Positions 26,501-39,928 of a DNA stretch of 64,000 nt are shown here, one piece after another (position 1 is the stretch's first letter; each line of letters starts with the position of its first letter). The translations under genes were made by a program, and so were the position numbers. The stretch comes from Lytechinus pictus (lineage: Eukaryota): NCBI RefSeq assembly GCF_037042905.1, contig NC_087246.1, positions 1,180,001 to 1,244,000 of the forward strand, written 5' to 3'. A model generated the notes under the pieces. That model saw only the letters and a program-made list of their open reading frames with translations. It did not search any database and had not been told where the DNA came from.

Positions 26501-28960
26501 TTTCCCTTTCTCCCACCAGGCCCCTACATATTGTTCATATTTCAGGGTCTTGGTTGGATGATCATTGTACAAGTAGGGTTTGCATCAATGTACATCATGG
26601 CTCCTTGATGCTCATTTCACTCTGCAATGTACATGTTTGGTCCTTGTACCCTCTGGCATGGCTACACTACATACTTCACCAAGATGAACCCATTTGTATA
26701 TATATGTTATGAGCTCTGCAAACATGTACTCAATGTATTGGAGATGTAGCTCCACCATTAAAAATCATGTTTTGTTTATGTCATACCATTTCCACAGTAG
26801 GCACTTTAAAATACATTCACCATTAAAATTATTATTTGCTAACGACAGATTTGTTTTGTCAAACATTCATGTAGGTGGACATGAAGTGTTGAACAGGCCA
26901 TGGATTATTGGCTAAACGAGCTTGCTGTAATACCCCTGAGGATTATCAGTTCTCTACCCTTTCTATGGCACCCCTGCAGCGATCGAAACCATCCTTGCCG
27001 TTAGATTCAACATCATTGACGTACATGTACCATGTTTATGTGACATGTTATGTCAGTGTGCAATACATGTAGGTGATGTATTTGCATTTTAAACATGCAT
27101 TACATTTACAGCAGTTTATATGTTACATGTATACTATAACAGTACTGTAGGTCTATATTTGTTTGTACATGATATGATTTTTAGAAGTATATTGATGAAG
27201 TCTGATATAGTCAATAGGCATACTTTATTGAATGTAAACCAATTAGGTATGATGATGCAGGCCTATTATGTGCCCATTCATGTAGAATGGCCTACCCCCA
27301 TATGGTTCATAGTCGTCTGTGTGTTGTCTTTATCCTGCCCATCTGTTTCTCTAGTCATTGGGTTATTCTGAATAATGATCTACATGTAGCTTTATGGAAT
27401 ATGATGAAATACATGAGGGGAAGGCAACATATGTCTGGAAGTGTTTTTCTAAATTTAGGGTATTAATTTGAATGAAAGTCAAATCAAATACATATAGCTG
27501 ATAATACCATGGGAGAATGCCATCTGGGATTAAATACCAAGCAATTTTTTTTATATATATATTCCCATCATCAAACGCAAAGTTTAAGAAATTTTGCTAC
27601 ATGGATTTTTTTCTCTGACATTTTTTGAAGATACATGTAAAGTTGGCTTTCATATGAAGGAAGTCAAAGAAAAAATAAATTTGAAACATTTCTTTTACTG
27701 TAAATGAAGATGGATTTTAAGAAAATACACTTCATTATCTGCAAAAGGTCAAATTTCATAATTTCTTTGTACTGTAGATGGAACATTCGATTTAGAAAAG
27801 ATTCAAGTTAATTGCATTTGCATTTTTGCAGTCATGATGATGATGAGTTCTAACTTTTAAGACAGGTCTGTCACCATGGTAACGGCATTGTCCCCCCAGT
27901 TTGCGATTGTAGCTGTAGCGTTGTCTCTTTGCATGCATAATTGAATGACTTTATTGGGAAGGAGATATCACAGATCAATGAGACCAGTCTACATTACATT
28001 ACTGTATTCTGATGATTACACATACATGGAGGCCTTCATGCATTTTTTTTTCAACGAGTTGAAACAGAATCTCTTTGGACTTTAGGTTGACTGATACTAC
28101 TTGTAGGTCTAAATGGTCAAACAGACAATATTTTGTTTTATCCTAGTATTTAAAAGTAATACATACATTGTTTAGTATTTATAATGATCATCACATGTAT
28201 GGTGTTTTACATCAATCATCATTGGGAAGTTAGTCAATATTATAGAGTCATTCTGATTATTTGAACTGATTGATGAAGTTTCAGTGAAATTTTCTGTTAA
28301 TGTTACATTGAAGTTTCTTGCCATATCAAGGTGATGAAAATATTAGATATGCACACACACATCATGTTATGGGAATAATGAAATCCATCATGTCGTATCT
28401 TACATGTATGTTCCAAGCTACATGTATAATTTATTGAGATGTTTTGATGAGTCTAGAAGCAATTTTTGATGAATTTTCATTGAATTGATGCCTTAATGTG
28501 GGTGTGATCAGATGAGTGTACGGTATGTAGATGCGTGTAAAATGTATGAATTCTGTATTTGTTGGTATGCACGTGTCATGCCATATGACAGACTGTAAGC
28601 TCATCAATTATTTATGATCCATGGTTATGGATGACTATTGTCATGCAATGTGATTGATTGATGTTTTAAGTTAATCAGTACATCTCAACTTGTCCAATTA
28701 CAATAAATTACTTGCAGGCCGATGAACATATTTTACTTGTATAAAAAGTGGACATGTGCAGCTGATTCAGTCCTGAGCAAGACAAAGACAATACACATGC
28801 TCATGGGGAGCTACATGTACATGTAGCTGCTACACAACGGGTCAATTTATAATGTTTTGTTTGGAGTGGGATGCATGAACACATGATTATGAGTTGTGTG
28901 TTGCCCAAATAATCTTACTGTATGCAGAGTTCAGAGTTGAAGTGATTAAGATATTTATAT

Positions 28961-29475
28961 TATATTGGATGGCTTAGAATGGAATACTGAAATATTCCAA
29001 GAGTTTGGGAAAATATTCCACGAATCGAAGATGAGTGGAATATTGGCCCTAACGAGTGGAATATTTCTGGTATTCCATGAAATAAGCCATCCAATATAAT
29101 TATTATCATCTATCCCACCCCCCCACCAAAAAAAAAGAGGGAGAAATTTGGTTGAACAAGTGATATCACATTATCGCATCATCACTTCATTAGGATCAAT
29201 TTTGTCATCGACATGCGACTTACGTGTAGTTCATTATGACGTCATGGAGTTGTGATCTATGCTGCGCATCGCATTGCTTTCATTGTTGCACCCATTGTAT
29301 ATTTCACGCAGTCGCGCACGTGCCCTAAACTGTTGAATATGCTCTCATATTCAATAGCAAATTTGTACAGGAACCTATATTCGTCGGATTTTGGTCCTTT
29401 TTAGGGATACGCTCTGATACTGCACGGGCAATTTGATGCAGACCAAAATACGTGTTTTTAATGCATCGCTATATA
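28961..29475. repeat. Unclassified CpG-retaining interspersed element with an internal hairpin
   Basis: tatattggatggctt (28961) / aagccatccaatata (~29098) enclose aatattccac..gtggaatatt; right boundary uncertain. Confidence 0.45.
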
Positions 29476-32400
29476 GATGATAATTCACAATACGCTGGAC
29501 TTAGTAAATTTACACACACACTCAAATCAAGTTATCTGGGGGGGGGGGGGGCTTTGCCTTCCATAGATCTAAACAGATTCAAGATTTAAAAATATTAATA
29601 ATGCCATAAATAAAATCAAGTGAGAAAAAATCATGTTTAGTTCTGTTCAAGAAATGAAAGGAGTATTATTTAGTCAACCCAACCTTGATGTAAAACATGA
29701 CAATGTGATGTGAAAATGTGTTTATTTTTTTATTATTAAAAATAAATTAGTGTATTTTGATGTTGAAAATAATTATTTGCTTTTTAGATACATTTTACCA
29801 ATGTATATTCAAGCACTCTCTATACAATAAAATGTTTTATCAATGAATAATAAAATGAGTGAATGTTTTCAGTTAAGGTATTAAAGGCTCCCTCTCTCTG
29901 TCTCTGTGTCTATTTTCCCTCTATTCTATCTAATCTATGGTCGAAAATGATGTTTTCTGATGAGTCAGTTATCAAATAAGCCATGTCTTTAAATCAATTA
30001 TTAAAAGCATGGCCTACTCTAGCTTTATTAACCACAAGCTTCGTTTCTCACCCGAATTATTACTAGGGTCTGGAAATTCTGTTGATTTTGTATCAATCAT
30101 TAATAATTGCTTTTAGGCTATTTATGCCCCACATTGGCTCATAATACATGTATGAACACTTTAACTTAAGTACATGTTAATAATAGCTGACCACATAATC
30201 CCCCAATATATCAATATGTGGTTGTTGGAAGGCTTAATAATTAATCTCTATATAGTGCCAGTCCTAAAATCCATTATCACCGCAAACAAAGCAATTTAAT
30301 TAAATTCTGCTTCTATACACTATTGTCATAACAATTTTAGATCATAATGGACATTATATTTTTTATTTTTTCTCAGATATTTGATACACTGTTAGGACCT
30401 GTACATTCTGGCTGTCACAAGTGAGACAGACAAATAATTATCCAAATGTAGCTGTAGTAGGATTAAAAAAAAAAGAATTATAGGAATTGTTAATGTGATA
30501 CTAGATGAATATCAGGGGAGGGGGGGGGGGTTAGAGATCTTCATTTATTATGATGATTTATGTGTATTTATATGTGTTTGTGATGTATTGGTTTTACTTC
30601 ATAATGTTGTTTTATAGATATGAATTTATTGCAATTTGCATAGGCATTCATGTATGCCTGGGTATACATGTATTAAAGAAGATATATTCTGTCATTATGC
30701 AACACTTATTATAGTTGATAAGAAATGGCTTTGAATAAAAAAGGGCCTGCATTGAATAATTTTTAGGGGGCATTTTGGCATTATTTTTGTTCTTTTGTGT
30801 AGGCCTATTTGATATTGTTTAATCAATTTTAGACTGAGTGAAAAGATTTTTTTTTTTCACTTAAATGATAATGACTGACAAAATAACCCTATACCATTTT
30901 TGTTTCGTTGAATTTTCATCATGCCAACCTACATGTAACGCAGTCAGTGTATCCTTGTACACAATGTACATGTAGGTATGAGTAACCTACATGGTCATAT
31001 CACACCAAACTGAACTGTTGCTTGGATATGTGTGTGTGGTGATATGCAGGGTTAGCAACAAAGGGAATTTCCATAGATTTATGATAATGCGCCTCTCATA
31101 TTGACATTAGCCTTCTTCGCAGTCCCTGTATTATTTCTATTTCATTTTTATTTGGGGGGGGGGTAGGGGGCTGGGTATGGTTGGTCTTGATCATAGTGAA
31201 TAATTTCCTTCCCATTCTAATATAATTGAAGCCCAATATTTGGCTTTTTACCCTGGCTTTTAGTTTTACCAGTATACATACAATGAGGGCTTTTCTTTCT
31301 TATGCTGAGCAATTTCACATTTTCTTGCAGAGTAATTTTGGTACAACACACTTTTTAGTCACTTTGCTGGAATCTATGTAATTGTATTTTGGGATCATTA
31401 CTGAAATTTAAATTATATTTCTTTTATTCCCAGTATGGGTAATACACAGCTTAAATATGATGATGTATTGTAAATGTATGGGTATGTACTTATATTGCAA
31501 GTTTGGCTTCTGTGCTTGCAATAATGCTAGTATATTCTCTGATAGTAACAAGTACTGAACCTCATAGATTTTAAATCATTTAAATCAAATTTTACCATGT
31601 ACATGTATTTTAAATGTACAGTGTAGCTACTTGTACTTTACAATGAATTGTAGTTCTGATTAACTTGAATAACAAACATGACATAGAGTTACTGGTTCAT
31701 GTTCATAATCAATATGTTTAATATCTAATGCCCTTTTTGTCTCCTTGTTTCTAGTGTTGCTGTAGCTTGTCTGTGGTCTTTATTATGGTTGTTCCACTTT
31801 ATATGTTTGTCATTTTGCCTCCGACAAAGATTCTGCTAGGATCGAAAGCTTAGGCCCCTTTTGACTCTCCAATATGTTTAATGATGGAATTGTAGTTGAT
31901 GAAGAAATCAGATTTGAACGATATTTTTAGAAGGTTATATACACCCCATCCCCTCCCCTCATGCATACAAACATATATTTGGGAACATGTATTCATGTGC
32001 GTACCCTGTGTCTTTTGCAATAATCAACTGATAGGGTCTGTTTGAATAGACTAATGATGTAAGCACTAGCTGTACCTTCATCAAATTGGGAATAACAGGA
32101 ATAAAGCCCTAATGCAAAGTTTGTCTAGGGAAGTAGGAGTTCCCTGCTAGTCTGCATGCACAGACTCAAATTTGACACCAATTATACCATGTCTAGAGTG
32201 AAGACTACACTCAAAACTCTCAGCCACAGTTCATAGTCTCACTTCTTCAGACTCTGCATTATGCACTATGTTAATTGCGAAAACAAAAGGTCTGTACCTG
32301 CAGACCACTTCCTTTGAATGTCTTGTGGAAAACTGTGTTTACCTTGTAATGGCAGTGCCCCCCCCCCTCCCATAAACAACCCTTCATTTAAAACCTACCT

Positions 32401-35322
32401 CCACCGTATCAATGAGAACAAGGTCTGAATTCATAGTCTATGAGAAATGTCTCCTGACTAATAGCTAAATGTCTGAAGATCCCAATGAGGGTAACAAGCC
32501 AAGCATGTATTCCTGTAATAACCATATATACACATACATGTAGTTGAAAAGTCTACCCTAGCATACTGTTTCAAAAAATTATTCTTTTATAAAAGTAAAA
32601 CAAATATGTACACTAGAGCTAGAGGAATATTTCTCAGAATGTATTCAGTCAAAAATATTACAAAACCCTGGAAAAAGGTCGGGACACCCAACTACTCAGG
32701 CTGTATAGCAGAGAAAGAGCATGGGAAAATGAGAATACTATTACATTGTAGACACTTGCTGCATCCATGGTAGACTCTATACAATGGCATGTGTTGGCCT
32801 TCTTTTATGTGATCATGTTGTATTCTACACATTCCTGTACCAGATTGCTAAAATGTTCAAGGCAGTGTTGTTAACCTTCTTTGATGTGACCATGTTGTGT
32901 TTTGATTTACTCTGAAGTGAATGTAGGATCAAGTTGCCTCCATGAATGTCAAGTATTTACATGGAAGAGGATAACATAACAGACAGGCCAGAGGACGCTG
33001 CAGCTTGTTACTCTAAACATATAAGCGATACATAGATCTGGTGTCAAAGACTATGCACAGATGAGGCAGGCAGGCTGCTAAGCTCTATCACGTATAGAGT
33101 AACACAATGATGTCACATTAAAAAAAAAAAAATTCAGCATTTTTTATACCATACATGTACCTCTAGGGCCGGGGGGGGGGGGGGGGGGGGCAGTATTGCT
33201 GTACACATGCGTGACCAAATTATTTCCAAACACCCCCTAAACAAGTTTTTTTCTCTGTTTGCAAAATAACCCCCTAAACAAGTTTTTTGCCGGCTTTAGT
33301 TACACAATTTGGCCCCTAAACAAGTTGTCGCCAGAATATGACCTCTGGGGGAAAAAAACCCATTTGTACAGCAATACATGACTGGCTCCCCCGGGTGTGG
33401 GGCATGATAAAAAACCTTCACAACCCAAATTTGGTGGGATTCGGTCCATGGGGTATTGATTTCAATGGGGCTAATTATGTATTCATGAGGTCATATCTTG
33501 GGGCCCCTTGGACTGATTGACTGATTCCACAAAATTTGGGTTGTGGAGGTATTTTCATTATGCTCAAGAGAAATTTATGGGTCAAAAATAGTACCAGTAT
33601 TTAAAAAAAAAAAAAAAATTGACGACGTCACACTTCGGTACTCTATTATTGTATAGAGGGTTCCCTCAAGCAGCCATGTTGGAGGACAAACAATAAAAAC
33701 CTCTCCTTCAACCTGTGTTGAATCATTGTTTTATACGGTCTGATGCACAGGTTTCCTATTATATCCTCCAACATGGCTGATTATGACATATACCTGTGGG
33801 AACACTTCCGGGGCCCGTAACACAAAACTTAGCAATGATCGTAGAACATTTTTCTATGATTTTTTTTATTTGTAATATACCTTTTCTTGTACTTCTCTTA
33901 ATAGTTCTCTTTACTTACATGTTTGCTCTCTTCTAAGCGCCTTGAGCATTTAATTAAACTGGAAAAGACGCTATATCATATGTATTATTATGATTGATTT
34001 CATTGACTACACTGTACAATCAATCGTGAAAATCAAGCGTATGATCAATCTATTGTGTTACGGAACCCCAGTCTTGCTCTGGTTGTTATCAGCAGAATTC
34101 GGTGCTGGTTTTTGGACAGTAAACTGCCTCTGGCCATCAGTAAAAAGAAAACAACAACCAAAGCTTTCCCATATCTGAAAAAAGAGAAATTGATTGTCAG
34201 GCCTACATGTACATGTTGAGCAGTTCCAGGTTGATTTGACTGACCTCAGAAAAAGTGGTGAAACTTGTAGCATCTTGGCAGATAATCGTTTCCCCACTTA
34301 ACTCCACCACCTCTTACCACATTAAAAGTAGCCCGCTGAAATTGAACAGGAATGTTTCACCTTTTAATACTCAAACTTTCACCACCTTTTAAAGCTCACT
34401 AAGAAAGGATTTTGTCATTCTGTTTGTTTCATAAGCATGTATTATATTTAAAATAAAAAATAATTAGATATTATATTTAGTACTAGAAAGCAGTGCAAGT
34501 ATGATGAGATATTTTTTGTAGTACTTCACTTTTCTAAAGCCTTGTACATGTATAATAATAGAGATTATTGTCATTTTAGCCCTAGGATGAGTTTACATGT
34601 ATACACCATTTCTTTACCCTACATGTAGAATCATGATTTGAAATACGTTTAGAAGGACGTTTCTGCAGGCTCATGGTTTAATCAAAAGTAAAAGGGAACA
34701 CATTTCAAATCACAAACATGAAACACAGAAAAAGGGGCATTTGGAAAGACGTTTCTGCAGAATGACGTTTTAAAGAGGTTGAATAAACGTAACCGTGTTT
34801 TGAATCATTATTCTAAGACGTCATTATGTCTGCCTACCTCCATGTTCATGCCATATTGCATGCTGCCAGTGGTATTTTTTTGCTTTAACTTCACATACAT
34901 TGAAAATCGACATTGTGTATCTTTTGTAATCAAACCTAGGTCAAACTGCGCACTACGATGCGCAATGGCTAGATTTGAAGAGAGGGAGAAACGGTACTGG
35001 AGAAAGGGTCGATTAAATCCTGATTTTGCATTTACCTTGATTTATGTGTTTTGAATCATGATTCATCTTTATGATTCTCGCTAATGAGGTCACACAAACG
35101 CAGTCCTTACCTTCTGAGGGGCAATCTAACAGGGCGTGAATGAATGACCTGATTTTAAAGGGGCCCGTGATTTACCTTGTTAAAAACCCATATTCATCAT
35201 AAAGCTTTGATTAGGATGTATTTGGCAATACTGCACATGGATATTTACAAAGCACAGAACTCATTTTTTTCTACATGCACATATTCATTTCAACGTTTTC
35301 TGTCTTTTTATATCTTCCACAG

Positions 35323-35899
35323 AAAGTTACTTGTCTGGCTTCAAGAATCGTGGGTTTGTCTGACGCATCCATCCCTTCATGATTGCATGTCATCGGATCA
35401 TTTCTCCTGCATATTGTAGAAGCATAGAAGGTGTGATTCTTGAGTTTCCGTGGCAACTCGTCATCCCATGTTCCTCAGAGATCACACCTTCCCTGCAAAG
35501 GGAGTCAAGAGAAGAGGACAACCTCACCCTCGATGGACATTGAATCCTAAATGAAAACCTCCATCATCATCTATCTCTATTTATCAACCGTAATCACCAA
35601 CTCAACTATCATCTGCGATTCATCCAAGTTTATCTTCTAGTGCAAGTAAAGTATTGTCTCACATCCAGTGAGACAGGTTCTGTCGGTTGTCGACTACTAG
35701 AGAGAGGAACAACGTTGTTTGGTCGGAAGCCATCACGGCATCACCACCGGTTCCCGCCCATCGCTGCTCCTCAGTACCCATCATCGGCAGCTTACTGTCC
35801 TCCTTGTGGTGGGGAGCCGAGCGAGATTGCATGTGCGGCTCTGTGGGGGCGTTAGACTGCTCCAAGCTCCTCGGACACGGTACTTCTAGGACAGGCAAG
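35323..35899 (+). other. Putative 5' UTR part of the first coding exon of YPEL
   Basis: Strong acceptor ttttctgtctttttatatcttccacAG ending at 35322; a weaker alternative tatcttctAG ends at 35640. Confidence 0.55.
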
Positions 35900-36001
35900 A
35901 TGGTGAAGACATTCCAGGCGTACCTGCCAAACTGCCATCGCAGGTATAGCTGTATCCACTGCAGGGCTCACTTAGCTAACCATGATGATTTAATATCAAA
36001 G
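35900..36001 (+). CDS. YPEL: Yippee-like protein, coding exon 1 ([34 protein letters not shown])
   Basis: Yippee N-terminal signature with first CxxC; ATG in aagATGg context; donor AAG|GTAAGA, phase 0. Confidence 0.96.
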
Positions 36002-38218
36002 GTAAGATATACATGTAGTCCGGAACATGTTTTATGATGATTTGATACATCTGCGTAACTTTACCATTATGGTAACTATTATGAAAATCTTGATTGTGAT
36101 TGGCTGCTGAGCCCTGTGCCATAATGACAAAAATTACCATACGTGTTGTATTTCTTTATGACCATTCTTGAATGATCTCCATCTTTCTTGCTTTTGTTTC
36201 ACCCCTTTATTTTATCATTTATGTTCTATAGTCATTACATTATGAAATAATATTGCTATGGTTACTGTTTATTTCATACATCAGACCATTGATAGGTTAT
36301 AGCATCCAGTCACACTACTTAGAAGAATGTGTCAAATATTGTTTGTTTTCAATGGGCACTGGGGTTTGAACACAGTTCATTGGGATGTCTGTCTGAGCCA
36401 CTGATGTGTAAAACAGTCCTAACATCCTTTTCCATGTGCCCTCAACTAATGCACAACTAATTGAGTCAGTTGCAATGGATTGATGAACAGTCAGAACAAA
36501 GACAAGATTTTATAGAGATATTGGACCAAAATTATCAGACTTTAAAATCCCTTCATATCAATTTGCATTACCGTATTATTATATTTCAGCACCCATGCTA
36601 AACAACAGTAGCATGATATCCTGCCATAAAAAGAACAAACTCCTTGATATACTTTTGTAAGACATAACAATAACAATGTCTGGACTTTCTCATTGCTGAA
36701 TAGAATAGTCTTTATGACTCATTTTGATCAGCTTGTATTGTCTGTTACAGCATTGGCAATTGTTATGATTGCATGTGCAAGTTGTTGGAAAACAAGGAGT
36801 TGGTTTGATAATTGGCACACTGTTCGATGCAGACATTGGTATTTGATAGACAGGAAATGAACTCAAATCATATTTCATGTTATTATTTTTCTTGCACTTG
36901 CAAGTAATGACACAGAACACATGTATGGCAACGTGATCGAATCAATACATTTTCTTTTACAATCTGCACATGTGCATCTGAGCAATATTGGTACTCTCTG
37001 TACTTACCATATGTTTTGAAAAAGCACTGTTTGGAAAGGTTTGCATTTGCATTGGTTTCATAACAAACCTATTTCCCAGAGGTAGTCTAAAAGTTGATAG
37101 AATGACAGTATAGCAGGCAGTATTTTAGCTTGAATCACCAGAAATCTGTTTTTTTTTTTTTGTGGGGGGGGGGGGGGGTGGTGAAGGTATAAAATGAATG
37201 TTTTTTTTTTCATATCCATTTGAGCCCTGGCCATGTTAGAAACATGAGTAGGAATCAACATGATATCTATGTGTACTTCTTATCAGTGATACTCTGCACT
37301 TTCTCATATTTCATTACAGTATAGTATGATACTGGTATTATCTTTCTGAAATGGAACCGAATAGATCTACTCTCTTGCATATTTCCTGAACATTCAATCT
37401 TTGTCTTCCTGACGAAGTTCAGTGGACCGTCACAGCTATGTGTGATCAGGCCCTGTTTGTATAAAACCTCCACCTATCTGAACTTGGCTTGACAGGTAAA
37501 TGTCATGAAAACTTGGATTTTGAGAGGGAGAGTTTACATCAATCAGGGATATTTTTATGCAAATACATGTTAGACCCTCGACTATTTTCAGATTAAAACT
37601 GGAAATGTTACTTTAATGTTAGCTGTTATGATTTTTTTTCTTCTCTTTTTCATTTTAGCTTTTAGATATTGCAATTGTTAACAGCAAGAAAAATATAATT
37701 GAAGCGATTTAAACTTTAAATTAATAGATTAAGAATTATTAATAGAAAAATAATTTTTAAAAAGATATAAAAGGATATCTACACCATCTTTTCATTTTAT
37801 ACTGCATGGTATCCAGAAGGTCTTTTTGTACCATAATTCCATAGAGGGCCAAAATGTTTAGCTGTAAACCCCTCTTGACCGTACCATGAACTTGTGAAAG
37901 CTCTTTGATATGTCATTACATATTGAACATGATTCTAGTGAAATGAGATAAAAACAAACTCTCATGCATGTAGTCTGTAGACACAGTCTCTTTTATAATC
38001 AGCTATGTGTGTTTCTTTCTTATCAGTGATATTCTGCACTTTATCATATTTCATTACAGTATGGTATAAGTATGATATTGGTATTATCATTCTGAAATGG
38101 ACCCAAATAGATTCTACTCTCTTGCATCTGCTTTCTTTTATGACATCACAAGCCAAGCCATAGCCTTATATGTTTATGTTGTATCCAAAGGCAGGGCTGG
38201 AGGGTTGCGCTATATTTA

Positions 38219-38811
38219 AGGACAAGTCCACCCAAACAAAAAGTTGATTTGAATAAAAAGAGAAAAATCCAACAATCAGAAAACTGAAAATTTCATCAAA
38301 ATCGGATGTAAAATAAGAAAGTTATGACATTTCAAAGTTTTGCTTAATTTCACAAAACAGTTATATGCACATCTTGCATGGGTATCCAAATGAGGAGACT
38401 GGTGACATCCTCCACTCACTATTTCTTTTTTATTGTAAATATGAAATAGGGAATATTCTATTTTTCTCCTCATTGTCAAGTAAAACAATAACTAATTCCT
38501 CCCTGAACATGTGGAATGAGCATTGTTTAATGCTATATGATTCAGTCAAGTTGGCCCTTATTGTCAAATCTATAAAAAATGAAATATTGTATAATTCAAA
38601 CAATAAAAAACGAAAGAAATAGTGAGTGAGGGACATCATCGACTGTCGCATTTGAGTTGTGCATATCACTGTTTTGGGAAAAATAAGCAAAACTTTAGAA
38701 TGTCATTACTTTCTTATTTTACATCCGATTTTAATGAAATTTTCAGCATTTTGCTAGTTTGATTTTTCTCTATTGATTCAAATCAACTTTTTTCTGGGGT
38801 GGACTTGACCT
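38219..38811. mobile_element. MITE family A copy
   Basis: aggacaagtccacc ... ggtggacttgacct|TTAA; colinear with 3412-4013. Confidence 0.8.
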
Positions 38812-39024
38812 TTAAAGAATCAACACATGACTGGTAAGTGAACCCATTCTATAATTACGATAGATATTTCATAGTGTTATAAGGATAATGGTAATTTTGG
38901 AAGATATTGATCCAGATGATAGTTAATTCTTCCTTTTTCAGAATTCTCAAGTATGGTTCTACTCCGACCAGTAGGCCTATGGTGTACCAAGGACAGGGGC
39001 CACCTTTTCTCCCAAATACTCATT

Positions 39025-39928
39025 AGGCGGTGCTGCACCATCCCGAGTTTGCTCAATCTCGAGATTTTAGCCCGATCAGCCCACTTCGCGATTAATCTCG
39101 AGATTCAAGAAACCCCGTCTCCACCATCGCAAGAAGAGCGATTCCTGCTCGAGCGAGGCAACAAGACCGATATTACGAGCATGCGCACTTTCGGATCTTG
39201 GAGTTTCAACGGCCCGCGCTTTTGAATAACTTCCCGCGATATGCAAGCAATGTACTCCTTTCACTAGCACTTTCGCCGAATTCGACCGGTGTTATGCAAC
39301 AATCCTCTCAGCTCAGCGAGTGAAGAAGTGATGTATTCTTCGTTAAATATGATGGCGGAGTAGGAGGCAACGACAGAGAGAGAGAGAGGGAGAGAAGGAG
39401 GAAAGAAATGCTATTTGCTCACATTTTGCGAAGGAATAAGACAACACTGCTGTCAGTGTTGTTATTGAATATGACCATCGTCGATGAGCGCCTCCCCCTT
39501 CGGTCTGGTCTCTCCCAAAATACATTCACTGGTGGGACACCATCGTTGCTGATTAGGCAATTGATGAACGCTATTCGCGATAATATCTATTCGCATGTAT
39601 AAAGTTGACTTTCGCACATGTTTATGTTTTGACCAAGGCGGAAGTGGAACGCGAATTGCATTATGGACTGACGTCATGAATAAATTACCCCGAGTCCAAC
39701 CTCGAGTGCGTCTGCACCGACGAATTAGCGGGATAATCGTAAAATAGCGCGCTATTTTGCAAATAAACCCGAGTTGACTTGGGATTGCAATCTCGAGATT
39801 AATCCTACGAACTAGCGCGATAATTGCGTCTCCACCGCAAACTATCTCGAGATTTTTCAGATCGGGATAATTTGCCGGATCAGAAATAGCGCGCTAATTT
39901 GAAAACTCGGGATGGTGCAGACGGCCCT
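39025..39928. mobile_element. CpG-rich MITE, PIF/Harbinger-like
   Basis: ctgcaccatcccgagttt ... aaactcgggatggtgcag inverted ends; internal repeats of atctcgagat. Confidence 0.7.

Noticed and set aside
35687..36037. 116-aa single-exon ORF
   Set aside because: It starts at a non-ATG codon and reads through the donor at 36002; only the part up to 36001 is Yippee-like.
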